Shown here: positions 1-9,433 of the stretch, piece after piece | How positions within the stretch are numbered: the stretch's first letter is position 1 | Layout of the letters: the number at the start of each line of letters is the position of its first letter | Notes under the pieces: generated by a model | The model's database searches: none | Told to the model about the DNA's origin: nothing | The model's input: only the letters and a program-made list of their open reading frames with translations | IMG/VR virus record: IMGVR_UViG_3300032282_000782 | Coordinates: 1-58,091 of that record | DNA: 58,091 bases | Strand: one strand, 5' to 3' | Source of the DNA: a virus | Lineage: Duplodnaviria; Caudoviricetes | Translations under genes and position numbers: made by a program

Positions 1-99
1 ATTGCCCAAGGTGGGATGCTGCCCACTGTGGGACATTGCCCAAGATATGTTGGGACATTGCCCAAGTCTGCTGCCCAAGATATGTTGGGATATTGCCCA
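1..99. repeat. Cluster of quasi-palindromic TGGGAnnnTGCCCA repeats
   Basis: Full copies at 12-25, 29-42, 51-64 and 86-99; half copies at 1-8 and 72-77; GCCCAAGATATGTTGGGA occurs twice. Confidence 0.85.
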
Positions 100-334
100 C
101 CCCATGGGAAAAAATATGCCCGTGCGCGCGCGATATATATATGCCCCTGACACAAGTAGACCAAAAATAAAAGGGGGTACCTCATCCATCCCTGGAAAGT
201 ACCCCCTTATGTTTAAATACGTGTACACCCACCCCCACAATATAAACTAAAAGTAGTAGGGGTACCTCATCAATGACTAACCAATGTCCCCTCTTTAAGA
301 ACAGTTCTTAATAACTCTTCGCGTACCCCAATAG

Positions 335-580
335 AGACTGCTATAGGGGTCCATACAGAAGAGGGGGGTGAAGGGTGTTTACTCACCAGGGGCTATATAG
401 GGTCCAGACTGTTAACACTTCACGTACCCCTATATAGTCTTTATATAGCCCCTATATAGACTATAGTACTATCTATTATACTATCTTCTAAACTTACTAT
501 TATACTATCTTCTATACTATCTTCTTTATAGACCTCTATAGGGTCTTTATAGAGTCTCTATATAGTCCCTATAGGAGATA
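335..580. repeat. AT-rich non-coding tract of CTATA/TATAG short repeats (possible genome-end, packaging or origin region)
   Basis: Many ctatag/ctatat/tatact/ctatct units, no ORF, upstream of terL; function inferred. Confidence 0.6.
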
Positions 581-676
581 TGCCTAGCCTATCACATTTT
601 GAAAAGCTACACAAGAGGCTCTTCAGGTGTCCCCACTTACTTTTCTGTTGTGTCCCTTCTTTAGGGGTGGTTGGTG

Positions 677-685
677 TGATATACT
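677..685 (+). promoter_or_regulatory. Putative extended -10 promoter (TGaTATACT) upstream of terL
   Basis: TGn plus -10-like hexamer about 40 nt upstream of the ORF. Confidence 0.4.
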
Positions 686-724
686 TAGTCTCGGAAGCGG
701 TACTATTAAAAAGAGAATAACAGA

Positions 725-2311
725 TTGGTTAACCCAACAATTAGAAGCAGTCGTCAGCTTAGTGTCCCCCTTGAAGAGGACATCACCGTCAACATCCTCT
801 TGTCCTTGAGAAAGAACCTAAGAGAGCTTGTAGCACAGAGTGCCAACACTGACTTCCTAACCTTCATACGTAAAGTAGCCCCCACTCTAGTCTCCGACTT
901 CAAGATGGGTAAGCACATTGAATACATTGCTGACAAGTTCCAGAAGGTAGAGTCTGGAGAGATTAAACGGCTGATGGTGTTCCTACCTCCCCGTAGTAGC
1001 AAGTCAGTTATCGGCAGTAAGCTGTTCCCTGCTTGGTACATTGGGAAACACCCAACCCAAGAAATCATGTCCATCTCCCACAGTGACCAACTAGCGTCAG
1101 ACTTTGGACGCTCAGTTCGTGATATTGTATCAATGGACGAATACCAAGGAATGTTCCCTGGTGTCCTCCTAAGGCAGGACGTTAGGGCAGCAGGGAAATG
1201 GAAGACCAACAAGCAGGGGTCATACTATGCCGCTGGTGTTAGGTCGCAGATCGCAGGGCGTGGTGCCCACATCGCTATCTTGGACGATGCAATGTCTGAA
1301 GAAGACGCTATCAGCCCTACTGGAAGAAAGTATATCAAGGAGTGGTGGCCAAGTGGACTTAGAACCCGACTCATGCCTAACGGCGCTATCATTATTATTA
1401 ACACTCGTTATCATTATGACGATCTATGTGGTTGGTTACTGAAGCAAGAATCCAAGATGGACTTAAGGAAGTCTGACAGGTGGCACGTTATCAGCATCCC
1501 AGCTTGGCTGGATGAGAAAGCCGCTGCTCTGTTGGGCTTGGAACAGGGTACCAGCTACTTCCCGGAATGGAAGTCTGATGCTGTCCTGAAGCTGGACGAA
1601 CTGGAAATACGTTCCACTAACGGTGGGAAGTACTGGGAGTCTCTGTACATGCAGAATCCCACCCCAGACGAAGGTGGCTTGATTAAGAAGTCCTGGATCA
1701 AGTGGTGGGACTACGACGAACCTCCAAGCTGTGATTTCATTATCCAGACCTACGATACAGCCTTCTCCACTAAGACTACTGCGGACTTCTCGGTTGTTCA
1801 GACATGGGGTATCTTTACCTACAAGGACACCCATGAGGGTGGCGCGGAGACTTTCAGCAGCCATCTGATCCTCTTGGGTAGTGTACGTGGGCGATACGAA
1901 TACCCAGAGCTTAGGCGTATAGCTCAGGAGCAGTACAAGAAGCACAGGCCGGATATCTGCATCGTAGAGAAGAAGGCCAGTGGTCAGTCCCTTATCCAGG
2001 ACATGCGAAGGGCTGGCTTACCAGTCATGGAATACAATCCAGATAGGGACAAGGTAAGCAGGGTGTACGCCTCTACTCCAATGTTTGAGTCTGGGAAAGT
2101 GTGGCTACCAAGAGGGAAGCAGTGGGCTGAAGAGCTACACGACGAATTGATTACCTTCCCTTACGCCCCACACGATGACCAAGTAGACACAACCACTATG
2201 GCTATCCACTACGTAAGGGAAAGCTGGCGTCTTGTCCACAAGGAAGACCCTAACTGGGACGAAGACAAAGAGAGTAAGCGCAGTAAGCGAATTGCGTATT
2301 GGCACGTTTAA
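725..2311 (+). CDS. terL: Terminase large subunit
   Basis: Walker A-like PPRSSKS, Walker B AILDD, NTRYH motif, YMQNP, RNase H-like nuclease YDTA...D and FPYAPHDDQVD; start codon uncertain. Confidence 0.95.
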   Translation: MVNPTIRSSRQLSVPLEEDITVNILLSLRKNLRELVAQSANTDFLTFIRKVAPTLVSDFKMGKHIEYIADKFQKVESGEIKRLMVFLPPRSSKSVIGSKLFPAWYIGKHPTQEIMSISHSDQLASDFGRSVRDIVSMDEYQGMFPGVLLRQDVRAAGKWKTNKQGSYYAAGVRSQIAGRGAHIAILDDAMSEEDAISPTGRKYIKEWWPSGLRTRLMPNGAIIIINTRYHYDDLCGWLLKQESKMDLRKSDRWHVISIPAWLDEKAAALLGLEQGTSYFPEWKSDAVLKLDELEIRSTNGGKYWESLYMQNPTPDEGGLIKKSWIKWWDYDEPPSCDFIIQTYDTAFSTKTTADFSVVQTWGIFTYKDTHEGGAETFSSHLILLGSVRGRYEYPELRRIAQEQYKKHRPDICIVEKKASGQSLIQDMRRAGLPVMEYNPDRDKVSRVYASTPMFESGKVWLPRGKQWAEELHDELITFPYAPHDDQVDTTTMAIHYVRESWRLVHKEDPNWDEDKESKRSKRIAYWHV

Positions 2312-2359
2312 TGCTAATATTTAACCTTAACCAATTCAGAAATATACAAGGCGCACTTA

Positions 2360-4942
2360 ATGGCTGTTGAACGCAATCCATTTGATAAGATCAATCCTGC
2401 TCAGATAAACATTATGATGCCTGAAGAACCAGTCATGGACGAAGAGACTGGTCAAGAGACTTCAATGGAGTACGATCCAGCAGACGGTAGCATCATCGTA
2501 GAGTTTATCCCACCAGAAGACGACAGGGACAAAACTCAGATCAAAGAGACAGAGGAAGAGTTCTACCGCAACTTAGTGGAAGACCTGGATGACAAGGATT
2601 TATCTAGTATTGCATCCCAAGTCTACGACAACTTCACAGCAGACAAAGACTCCCGTAGTGAGTGGGAGTCCATGTTTGAGAGAGGCTTTGACCTCTTAGG
2701 TCTTAAGCTCAAAGAAGCATCTGAGCCATTTGAGGGTGCCTGTACAGCAGTCCACCCAATCCTTATTGAGTCTGCCGTAAAGTTCCAGTCTAAAGCTATT
2801 CAAGAACTATTCCCACCTGCTGGACCAGTTAAGACCCAGCTAATTGGGAATGTAACTGCTGAGCGTATGCAGCAGGGTAACCGTGTCAAAGAGTTCATGA
2901 ACTATCAGTTAACTGATTTGATCCCTGAATACTTTGACGAAATGGAACGTATGTTGTTCCACCTACCTCTTATTGGCTCAGCCTTTAAGAAGATTTACTT
3001 TGATGCTGGTCTTAATCGTCCAGTAGCAGAGTTTGTGCCTATCGACCAGTTCTATATTTCTTATTACGCCACTGACCTGCGTCGGGCAGACCGCTACACT
3101 CACTTGATTTATAGAAGTCCTAATGAACTCCAGCGTGACATTGCTGCGGGAATGTACGTTGCAGATGATCTTCCAGACGCAGGTGTCCCAACCATCACAA
3201 GCTTGGGCCAGAAGATCGACTCTATTTCTGGGCTATCACAGTCTTCTCAACAAGACCCCCAGTACGTTCTTCTAGAGCAGCATTGCTACCTAGACCTCCC
3301 AGAACGTTTCAGTGACGATAGTGGTCTGTCCCTTCCTTACATTGTTACATTGGAAGAGAAGTCCAGGAAGATTCTCTCTATCCGCCGTAACTACGACAAA
3401 GAGGACAAACGCCGTGAGAAGAAAATCTTCTTCACTCACTACCGCTTTGTCCCAGGCTTCGGCTTCTATGGCTTAGGTCTTATCCACTTCCTTGGTAACC
3501 TCACCATGACAGCCACAGCAGCTATGCGTAGCTTGGTTGACGCTGGACAGTTTGCCAACCTCCCAGGTGGCTTTAAGGCCAAAGGTGTTCGCATCGTTGG
3601 GGACAATGATCCCATTGCCCCAGGAGAGTGGAAGGAAGTTGAGGCTGTAGGTAACGACCTGTCCAAGATGATTATCCCCCTTCCGTACAAGGAGCCATCA
3701 CAGACACTGTTCCAGATGCTTGGGTTCATTCGTGATACTGCCCAGCACTTTGCTGACAGCACCGAGCAGGTCATTGCTGATGCAGCCAACTACGGTCCAG
3801 TTGGTACCACTATGGCTCTCCTGGAAGCATCTAGTAAATTCTTCTCTGCTATTCACAAGCGTCTGCACCATGCACAGAAGGAAGAGTTTAAGCTCCTTCG
3901 TCGTATCAACTTTGAGAACCTACCAGACGAAAGCTGCTGTGACATTCCAGGCTCTTCACTCATTATCCGCCGTGAAGACTTTGATGGCAGCATTGACATC
4001 ATTCCAGTATCTGATCCTAACATCCCATCCAATGCTCACCGCATGATGATGGCTCAGATGGCACTACAGTTAGCACAGACAAGTCCTCCAGGTATGTTCA
4101 ACGTGGAAGAGTTGAACCGTACCATTCTCATGTCCGCAAACATCCCGAACTTAGACCTTATCATGCCCCGCAAACCAGAGGTGGTCCCGCTTGACCCAAT
4201 CTCTGATATTGCCGCTGCAAGTAAGGGTCTTCCAATCAAGGCATTCGTTGGTCAGAACCACGACGCCCATATACAGGCTAAGACGGCCTTCATGTCTGAT
4301 CCTGCTAACGGTGCCAACCCCATGATGCAACGCATCGCTCCAGTGCTTGAAGCCAACATGCAGGAGCATTTGGTTATGAAGTACCAAGAGCAGGTGAATG
4401 GTGTTGCTCAGCAGATGATTCAAGCCAAACAAGCTATGGACGAACAGCAGGGTGTCGCTATGCAGCCACCAGATAAGGGTACCATTGAGATGGTGCTTGC
4501 AATGGCGGCACAGCAGGTTGCACAGGCTAACGCACAGATCGCTGCCGGTAAGGGGGCAATGACACCAGAGGCACAGATGGTGCAGCTTGAAGCACAGCGC
4601 CTACGGATTGAACAAGCCAAGACACAGGCTCTCATTGCTAAGAACGCAGTTGATGCTGCCATGAAGAACCGTGAGCTTGACATCAGGACAGCCCAGCTTC
4701 GTGCAGACTCCATGACTTCTGGCATTGAGATTTCAACTAAAGCACAGAACGACGAAGCTAACCGGGACACCAAGAAAGCTATTGCTGCCTTGGACGCAAT
4801 CATGGGCTTGCTAGAGACAAAGGAAATCAGTAGCCACCAGAAGCAAATGAAAGCTGCTGACATGGTTACCAAGTTTGCTCAAGAGGGTAACAAACATGCT
4901 CTAGCTTCTGCTAAGATGCCTAAGGGGCCAGTGCAAGAGTAA
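2360..4942 (+). CDS. Portal protein (P22-like, long C-terminal coiled coil)
   Basis: Follows terL; PFEGAC..HP, FPPAGPVK, FVPGFGFYGLG and LVDAGQFANLPGGF motifs; Q/A-rich helical C-terminus. Confidence 0.9.
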   Translation: MAVERNPFDKINPAQINIMMPEEPVMDEETGQETSMEYDPADGSIIVEFIPPEDDRDKTQIKETEEEFYRNLVEDLDDKDLSSIASQVYDNFTADKDSRSEWESMFERGFDLLGLKLKEASEPFEGACTAVHPILIESAVKFQSKAIQELFPPAGPVKTQLIGNVTAERMQQGNRVKEFMNYQLTDLIPEYFDEMERMLFHLPLIGSAFKKIYFDAGLNRPVAEFVPIDQFYISYYATDLRRADRYTHLIYRSPNELQRDIAAGMYVADDLPDAGVPTITSLGQKIDSISGLSQSSQQDPQYVLLEQHCYLDLPERFSDDSGLSLPYIVTLEEKSRKILSIRRNYDKEDKRREKKIFFTHYRFVPGFGFYGLGLIHFLGNLTMTATAAMRSLVDAGQFANLPGGFKAKGVRIVGDNDPIAPGEWKEVEAVGNDLSKMIIPLPYKEPSQTLFQMLGFIRDTAQHFADSTEQVIADAANYGPVGTTMALLEASSKFFSAIHKRLHHAQKEEFKLLRRINFENLPDESCCDIPGSSLIIRREDFDGSIDIIPVSDPNIPSNAHRMMMAQMALQLAQTSPPGMFNVEELNRTILMSANIPNLDLIMPRKPEVVPLDPISDIAAASKGLPIKAFVGQNHDAHIQAKTAFMSDPANGANPMMQRIAPVLEANMQEHLVMKYQEQVNGVAQQMIQAKQAMDEQQGVAMQPPDKGTIEMVLAMAAQQVAQANAQIAAGKGAMTPEAQMVQLEAQRLRIEQAKTQALIAKNAVDAAMKNRELDIRTAQLRADSMTSGIEISTKAQNDEANRDTKKAIAALDAIMGLLETKEISSHQKQMKAADMVTKFAQEGNKHALASAKMPKGPVQE

Positions 4943-4950
4943 AAACACTT

Positions 4951-5151
4951 ATGTTGATATGGGACGAAGTAGAGAAAGCTATCCAGAAAGAGATACACAA
5001 CATTAGTAGTAGTTTGGCTAATGGATCAGCTTCAACGATTGAAGAGTACCGGCAACAGGTTGGTAAGATTGAGGGCTTAACCTTGTCTATCCACACCATG
5101 AAGCATATAATTAAGCAACGGCTACACGAAGACGATGTAGACAAAGAATAA
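4951..5151 (+). CDS. Small conserved phage protein between portal and GroES
   Basis: L..G.A...EEYR..VG.I.GL pattern typical of this position. Confidence 0.7.
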   Translation: MLIWDEVEKAIQKEIHNISSSLANGSASTIEEYRQQVGKIEGLTLSIHTMKHIIKQRLHEDDVDKE

Positions 5152-5178
5152 CAACAATAAAAGAGGAACTAGCAAACT

Positions 5179-5598
5179 ATGCAAGCTGTAGCAATGGGTA
5201 AAGCAGTAGATAATTCAGATTGGATTGACGACTCCGCTCCACGGTTCAAACCTAGTGAGCTTCCTGATCTTCCAGGGTTTCATGTCTTAGTCCAACCAAC
5301 AAGCATTCGTCCAAAGACTAAAGGCGGTATTATCCTACCTGATCGTGTCAAGGACGACATCTCTTATCTAACCACCATTGGTAAGGTCTTAAAGATTGGT
5401 GACTCAGCCTACCTGGACAAAGAGAAGTTCCCTCATGGTCCTTGGTGTAAGATTGACGACTTTGTGTGTTATGGCAAGCTTGTTGGTCAAAAGTTTGTCT
5501 ATAAAGGGGCCAAGCTTCTTTTAATCTTTGATGATCAAATCATAATGAAAGTGGGTGATCCAGCATATCTAGATACTACCTACAACTTGTCTAACTAG
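5179..5598 (+). CDS. groES: GroES-like co-chaperonin
   Basis: PGFHVLV..KTKGGIILPD..GKVLKIGD.AY.D..KFP.GPWC..DDQI; AGAGG RBS. Confidence 0.9.
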   Translation: MQAVAMGKAVDNSDWIDDSAPRFKPSELPDLPGFHVLVQPTSIRPKTKGGIILPDRVKDDISYLTTIGKVLKIGDSAYLDKEKFPHGPWCKIDDFVCYGKLVGQKFVYKGAKLLLIFDDQIIMKVGDPAYLDTTYNLSN

Positions 5599-5608
5599 AT
5601 GGTAGTAT

Positions 5609-5637
5609 TTGCTTAGTACTATTACTTGTGCTATATT
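5609..5637 (+). promoter_or_regulatory. Sigma70-like promoter upstream of scaffold gene
   Basis: TTGCTT-17 nt-TATATT with extended TG. Confidence 0.6.
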
Positions 5638-5714
5638 ATTATAATTAGTTAATCTTTCACGTTATTCATTGGAAACACGTGGCCCAGTGGGAAGTAAAAA
5701 GGAACAACACAACA

Positions 5715-6740
5715 ATGGCAAAAGATGACAATAACTGGTCAACTATTGAACCAGCTAAGGGCGAAGCCCAGGAGACAGTAGAGTTTGAGATTGAAGATGC
5801 TCCCCAACCTAAAGAAAAGGAAGAGGTACAGCTAAGTAAAGATGTAACTGTAGAACGTGTAGTAGAGAAGCCACAGCAGCACCAACAGGAAGAGAAACAG
5901 CCTGAAGAGCTAGAAGGTATTGAAACACGGGGCGCTCAGAAGCGTATCCGGCAGTTAATTAAGCAACGTAAGGACAAGGAAGACGAAGCAGCCGCCTTAC
6001 GGTCTAAAGTAGAAGAACTAGAGAACCAAGTTAAAGCTAAAGATCAGAATCTATCATCTAGTTTAAAGTCTAACATTGATACTACTGAAGAGCAGTTAAA
6101 CCTCCGTATCAAGGCAGCTAAGAGCAGCTTTAAGCAAGCCGCAGAGAGTGGTGACGCAGATAAGCTCCTAGAAGCCCAGGAGGAAATGTCAAAGAGCTAC
6201 GCGGAATCAATCGTTATTCGCCAGCAGAAGGAAGCCTGGGAGAAGTACAACCAGCAGGTTGAGCAAGCTAAACAGTCTTACGCTAAGCAGCAACAGACTA
6301 AACAGCAAGAACCCCAGTACGACCCAAAGGCTGTAAACTGGGCTACAAAGAATGATTGGTTTGGTCAGGACAATGTTCTAACGAACGCAGCCCTGGCAAT
6401 TGACAACGAATTAAAGTCTGAAGGCTACGATCCAACAGACGACGAGTTCTACGAAGAGATTGATAGCCGGTTGGCAAAACAGTTTCCTCACAAGTTTGCA
6501 CAAGCTGAGGTAGAGAAGGAGCAGCCCGTGGTAGCTGCTAAACCTCAGTACAGACAACAGCCACAACAGACGGTAGCAGGGGCGTCACGCACTCCTAAAA
6601 CCTCATCTAACAGCAAGAAGATCAAACTCACCCAAGAGGATGTCAAGCTTGCTCAGAAATGGGGCATACCGTTAGAGCAGTTTGCTGCTGAGAAACTTAA
6701 GGTTGAACAGGCTGACGGTGAGTACACCACAGTCTCTTAA
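5715..6740 (+). CDS. Capsid scaffolding protein
   Basis: Acidic N-terminus, QKRIRQL coiled coil, W..KNDWFG.D, GYDPTDDEFY.EID, C-terminal LT...A.KWGIPLEQFA; ATG at 5715 after AAGGA. Confidence 0.8.
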   Translation: MAKDDNNWSTIEPAKGEAQETVEFEIEDAPQPKEKEEVQLSKDVTVERVVEKPQQHQQEEKQPEELEGIETRGAQKRIRQLIKQRKDKEDEAAALRSKVEELENQVKAKDQNLSSSLKSNIDTTEEQLNLRIKAAKSSFKQAAESGDADKLLEAQEEMSKSYAESIVIRQQKEAWEKYNQQVEQAKQSYAKQQQTKQQEPQYDPKAVNWATKNDWFGQDNVLTNAALAIDNELKSEGYDPTDDEFYEEIDSRLAKQFPHKFAQAEVEKEQPVVAAKPQYRQQPQQTVAGASRTPKTSSNSKKIKLTQEDVKLAQKWGIPLEQFAAEKLKVEQADGEYTTVS

Positions 6741-6798
6741 GTTTTAAGATGGTAAACTAAACGCGCTTGGATAGTACACTAAAAGGACACTAAATATC

Positions 6799-7278
6799 AT
6801 GACCACACGTAATGAATCACGTAACGATAGCACTAGAGCTTCACAGAGTAACACGTTCACAGAGACTAACTGGTTGGAAATCCCAGAGCGGGTGACACAA
6901 CGGTTTAACGACAGCGGCTTAGCTCTCCGGTGGATTCGTGTTCTACTTAAAGGCGTGGATGACTACAAGAATGTAGGCAAGCGTCAATCAGATGGGTGGG
7001 AGTTTGTAACCCCTGAAGAAGTTCCCGAAATGCTTGGTTCCTCCAACGTGAGGGGGGAAGGACGGTACGCTGGCGCGATCTGCCGTGGTGATCTAGCACT
7101 AGCAAAGATGCCTCTGGAAAGGGCAATCTCCCGTCAAGAGTTCTATGAGAACCGGAGCCGCGATATGGTCCGTGCAGTGAACCAACAGCTTATGGGAAGC
7201 AATGATTCACGTATGCCCATTACCAACACCTCTCAGACAAAAGTTAGCCGTGGGAAGCAACCTAAGTTTCAGGATTAA
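6799..7278 (+). CDS. Conserved head-cluster protein of unknown function
   Basis: LRWIR...D..N.....GWEFV...GDLALAK motif; lies between scaffold and capsid genes. Confidence 0.7.
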   Translation: MTTRNESRNDSTRASQSNTFTETNWLEIPERVTQRFNDSGLALRWIRVLLKGVDDYKNVGKRQSDGWEFVTPEEVPEMLGSSNVRGEGRYAGAICRGDLALAKMPLERAISRQEFYENRSRDMVRAVNQQLMGSNDSRMPITNTSQTKVSRGKQPKFQD

Positions 7279-7426
7279 ACACCCTATTACTTCAGTTCCT
7301 TCCAGTTCCAACCACAATAAGCTGACTTAAAAGTAAATGATAAATAGTGTTAAGGTGTGTACCTATCCCCTTAGCTTGTTTAGCTTATTATAACAATATC
7401 AAACTGAACGAAAGGAATTGTAAACT

Positions 7427-8032
7427 ATGTCTGCAACAAAAGCACTTAATGGTTTCAAGCCTTCACGTATTCGTGGTAGTGGTCCAAATTCAGGCGGTGC
7501 AACTGAGTACCGTGTGTCTACAGGCTACGCTGCTAATATTTTCTACGGCGATCTAGTCCGTAACGTGAATGGTTATGTACAGGTTATTTCTGCTATCACC
7601 GACATGACTGCCGGTGTATTTGTCGGTTGCCGTTATGTAGCTGACGGGAAGCCAGTATGGTCCAAGTATTGGCCTTCAGGTACTTCCGTAACAGAAGCAT
7701 GGGCAATGGTCGTTGACGATCCAATGGCTACCTTCATTGTACAGGCTGATGCTTCAGTATCAGTTGGTGACTTGAACAGCCAGAACTTTGATGTTACTCT
7801 AGGTGCGGGTTCAACCCTCACAGGAAACTCAGGGTTTGGCATTAAAGCATCAACACGCAAAACTACCCCAGGAATGGTACGTCCAATTGACGCATACCGT
7901 ATCCCAGGTAATAGTGTTGACGTTGGTGCAACAATGGCTTATCCATACCTAGAAGTACGCTTGATCCAAGACGGTAGCTCAACCTACAGTGTTGTTACTA
8001 GCGTATCCGCTCTTAACGTTTCCATTAACTAA
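7427..8032 (+). CDS. Putative capsid decoration/cement protein
   Basis: GFKP..IFYGD.V..GVF.GC.Y..YWP..V.DDP...F.VQAD; immediately upstream of the major capsid gene; beta-rich. Confidence 0.7.
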   Translation: MSATKALNGFKPSRIRGSGPNSGGATEYRVSTGYAANIFYGDLVRNVNGYVQVISAITDMTAGVFVGCRYVADGKPVWSKYWPSGTSVTEAWAMVVDDPMATFIVQADASVSVGDLNSQNFDVTLGAGSTLTGNSGFGIKASTRKTTPGMVRPIDAYRIPGNSVDVGATMAYPYLEVRLIQDGSSTYSVVTSVSALNVSIN

Positions 8033-8047
8033 GGGGAGACATAAATC

Positions 8048-8992
8048 ATGGCTATTAATCGTTCTGCTATTGCCAAAGAACTGCTCCCAGGTCTTAATGC
8101 CATCTTCGGTGTTGAGTATGGTAGCGTTGACGACGAACATCTTGCTCTTTACGCAGTTGAAAACTCAGACCGCGCATTTGAGGAAGAGGTTCTATTCACC
8201 GGCTTTGGTACAGCCCCCACAAAGACTGAAGGCGCTGCCGTTCAGTATGATGACGCATCAGAAGGCTACACCGCCCGTTACACAATGGAAACGGTAGCTC
8301 TTGCGTTTGCCATCACTGAAGAGTCAATGGAAGACAACCTCTACGACACATTTGCTAAACTACGTGCAAAAGGTCTTGCCCGTGCAATGGCAAACACCAA
8401 GCAAGTTAAAGCTGCTGACGTTTTCAACAACGGCTTCAGCACTAGCTATCTTGGTGGTGACGGTGCTGCACTATTCAGTGCATCTCACCCCACTGTAGGT
8501 GCTGGTAACTTGTCCAACACACTAGGCGCAACTGACTTCTCAGAAGCAGCCCTTGAGACTGGTTTGATCGCTATTGCACGTATGGTAGATGATCGTGGTA
8601 TTCTTATCGGCCTACAAGCTGATTCAATCCACGTTCCTCCTGATCTAGCATTCGTTGCTGACGAAGTACTACACTCTTCACTCAGCACGAAGCTTCAGAC
8701 GGCTGCTATCTACTCAGGTGCAACTGGTGTCAGCAACCTTAACAACCTAAACCCAATTAAGAACCAAGGTTTGGTTCCTGGTGGGTTCAATGTTAACCGT
8801 CGCTTCACTGACACTAATGCTTGGTTCATTAAAACCGACTGCCCCAACGGTGCAAAGATGTTTGTTCGCGCACCTCTCCAAACCAAGATGGAGCCAGACT
8901 TTGACACAGGTAACCTTCGCTTCAAGTCACGCGAACGTTATGCCTTTGGCTGGTCTGACTGGCGTGGGTTCTTCGGTTCTTCAGGCGCATAA
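8048..8992 (+). CDS. Major capsid protein (HK97 fold)
   Basis: MAINRS..KELLPGLNA.FG, SDRAFEEE, GGDG..LFSA.HP, DFDTGN.RFK.RERY.FGWSDWRG; GGAG RBS. Confidence 0.92.
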   Translation: MAINRSAIAKELLPGLNAIFGVEYGSVDDEHLALYAVENSDRAFEEEVLFTGFGTAPTKTEGAAVQYDDASEGYTARYTMETVALAFAITEESMEDNLYDTFAKLRAKGLARAMANTKQVKAADVFNNGFSTSYLGGDGAALFSASHPTVGAGNLSNTLGATDFSEAALETGLIAIARMVDDRGILIGLQADSIHVPPDLAFVADEVLHSSLSTKLQTAAIYSGATGVSNLNNLNPIKNQGLVPGGFNVNRRFTDTNAWFIKTDCPNGAKMFVRAPLQTKMEPDFDTGNLRFKSRERYAFGWSDWRGFFGSSGA

Positions 8993-9022
8993 CTCTTCTA
9001 ACGCCTAGAAGATAAGAGTATT

Positions 9023-9072
9023 AGGGGCTGGTTTAAGTGGGGGATACACTTCATTTGCCAGCCCCTTCTATT
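9023..9072 (+). terminator. Stem-loop after major capsid gene (putative terminator)
   Basis: AGGGGCTGG (9023-9031) pairs with CCAGCCCCT (9058-9066); inner AAGTG/CACTT stem; T-rich tail. Confidence 0.6.
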
Positions 9073-9083
9073 TCATGTATAAT
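9055..9083 (+). promoter_or_regulatory. Sigma70-like promoter
   Basis: TTGCCA-17 nt-TATAAT. Confidence 0.7.
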
Positions 9084-9124
9084 TAACATCAAGGCATCAC
9101 TCACCTAAAGGATTACCCTTTGAA

Positions 9125-9433
9125 ATGACACAGACTACCCTCCGACAAGGATTCGTTACAGGCAGCGGCGCTGTCTTAGATGTGACATCTAACGTCACTG
9201 TTGAGAATACCCGTGTACACGCTATTGCAGCATCTGGTATCGGTACATTCCTTATTACAGGTACTTCAGTTGGCCCTTACGGAACTAAGGGTAGCAACAT
9301 TAAGTTCGTCCTGACTACAGCCATTGACCAGCAGTACTTGGACTTTGGGGGCACCTTAGGTGTCCGTATGGATGGTATTGTAAAGGTATCTGCCCCAACA
9401 TCAGCAGCGACTGTAGCCGTCTTCTATGGCTAA
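9125..9433 (+). CDS. Putative small virion (head decoration-type) protein
   Basis: Beta-rich, G/T/V-rich, ends VAVFYG; directly after the major capsid gene. Confidence 0.6.
   Translation: MTQTTLRQGFVTGSGAVLDVTSNVTVENTRVHAIAASGIGTFLITGTSVGPYGTKGSNIKFVLTTAIDQQYLDFGGTLGVRMDGIVKVSAPTSAATVAVFYG

Noticed and set aside
1-110. CRISPR array
   Set aside because: Repeats are only 14 bp with 3-21 nt gaps that are themselves partly repeated; no cas operon (the Cas4-like gene is a normal phage exonuclease).
2-250. 82-aa ORF
   Set aside because: Translation of the repeat tract at the window edge; no RBS or recognisable motif.
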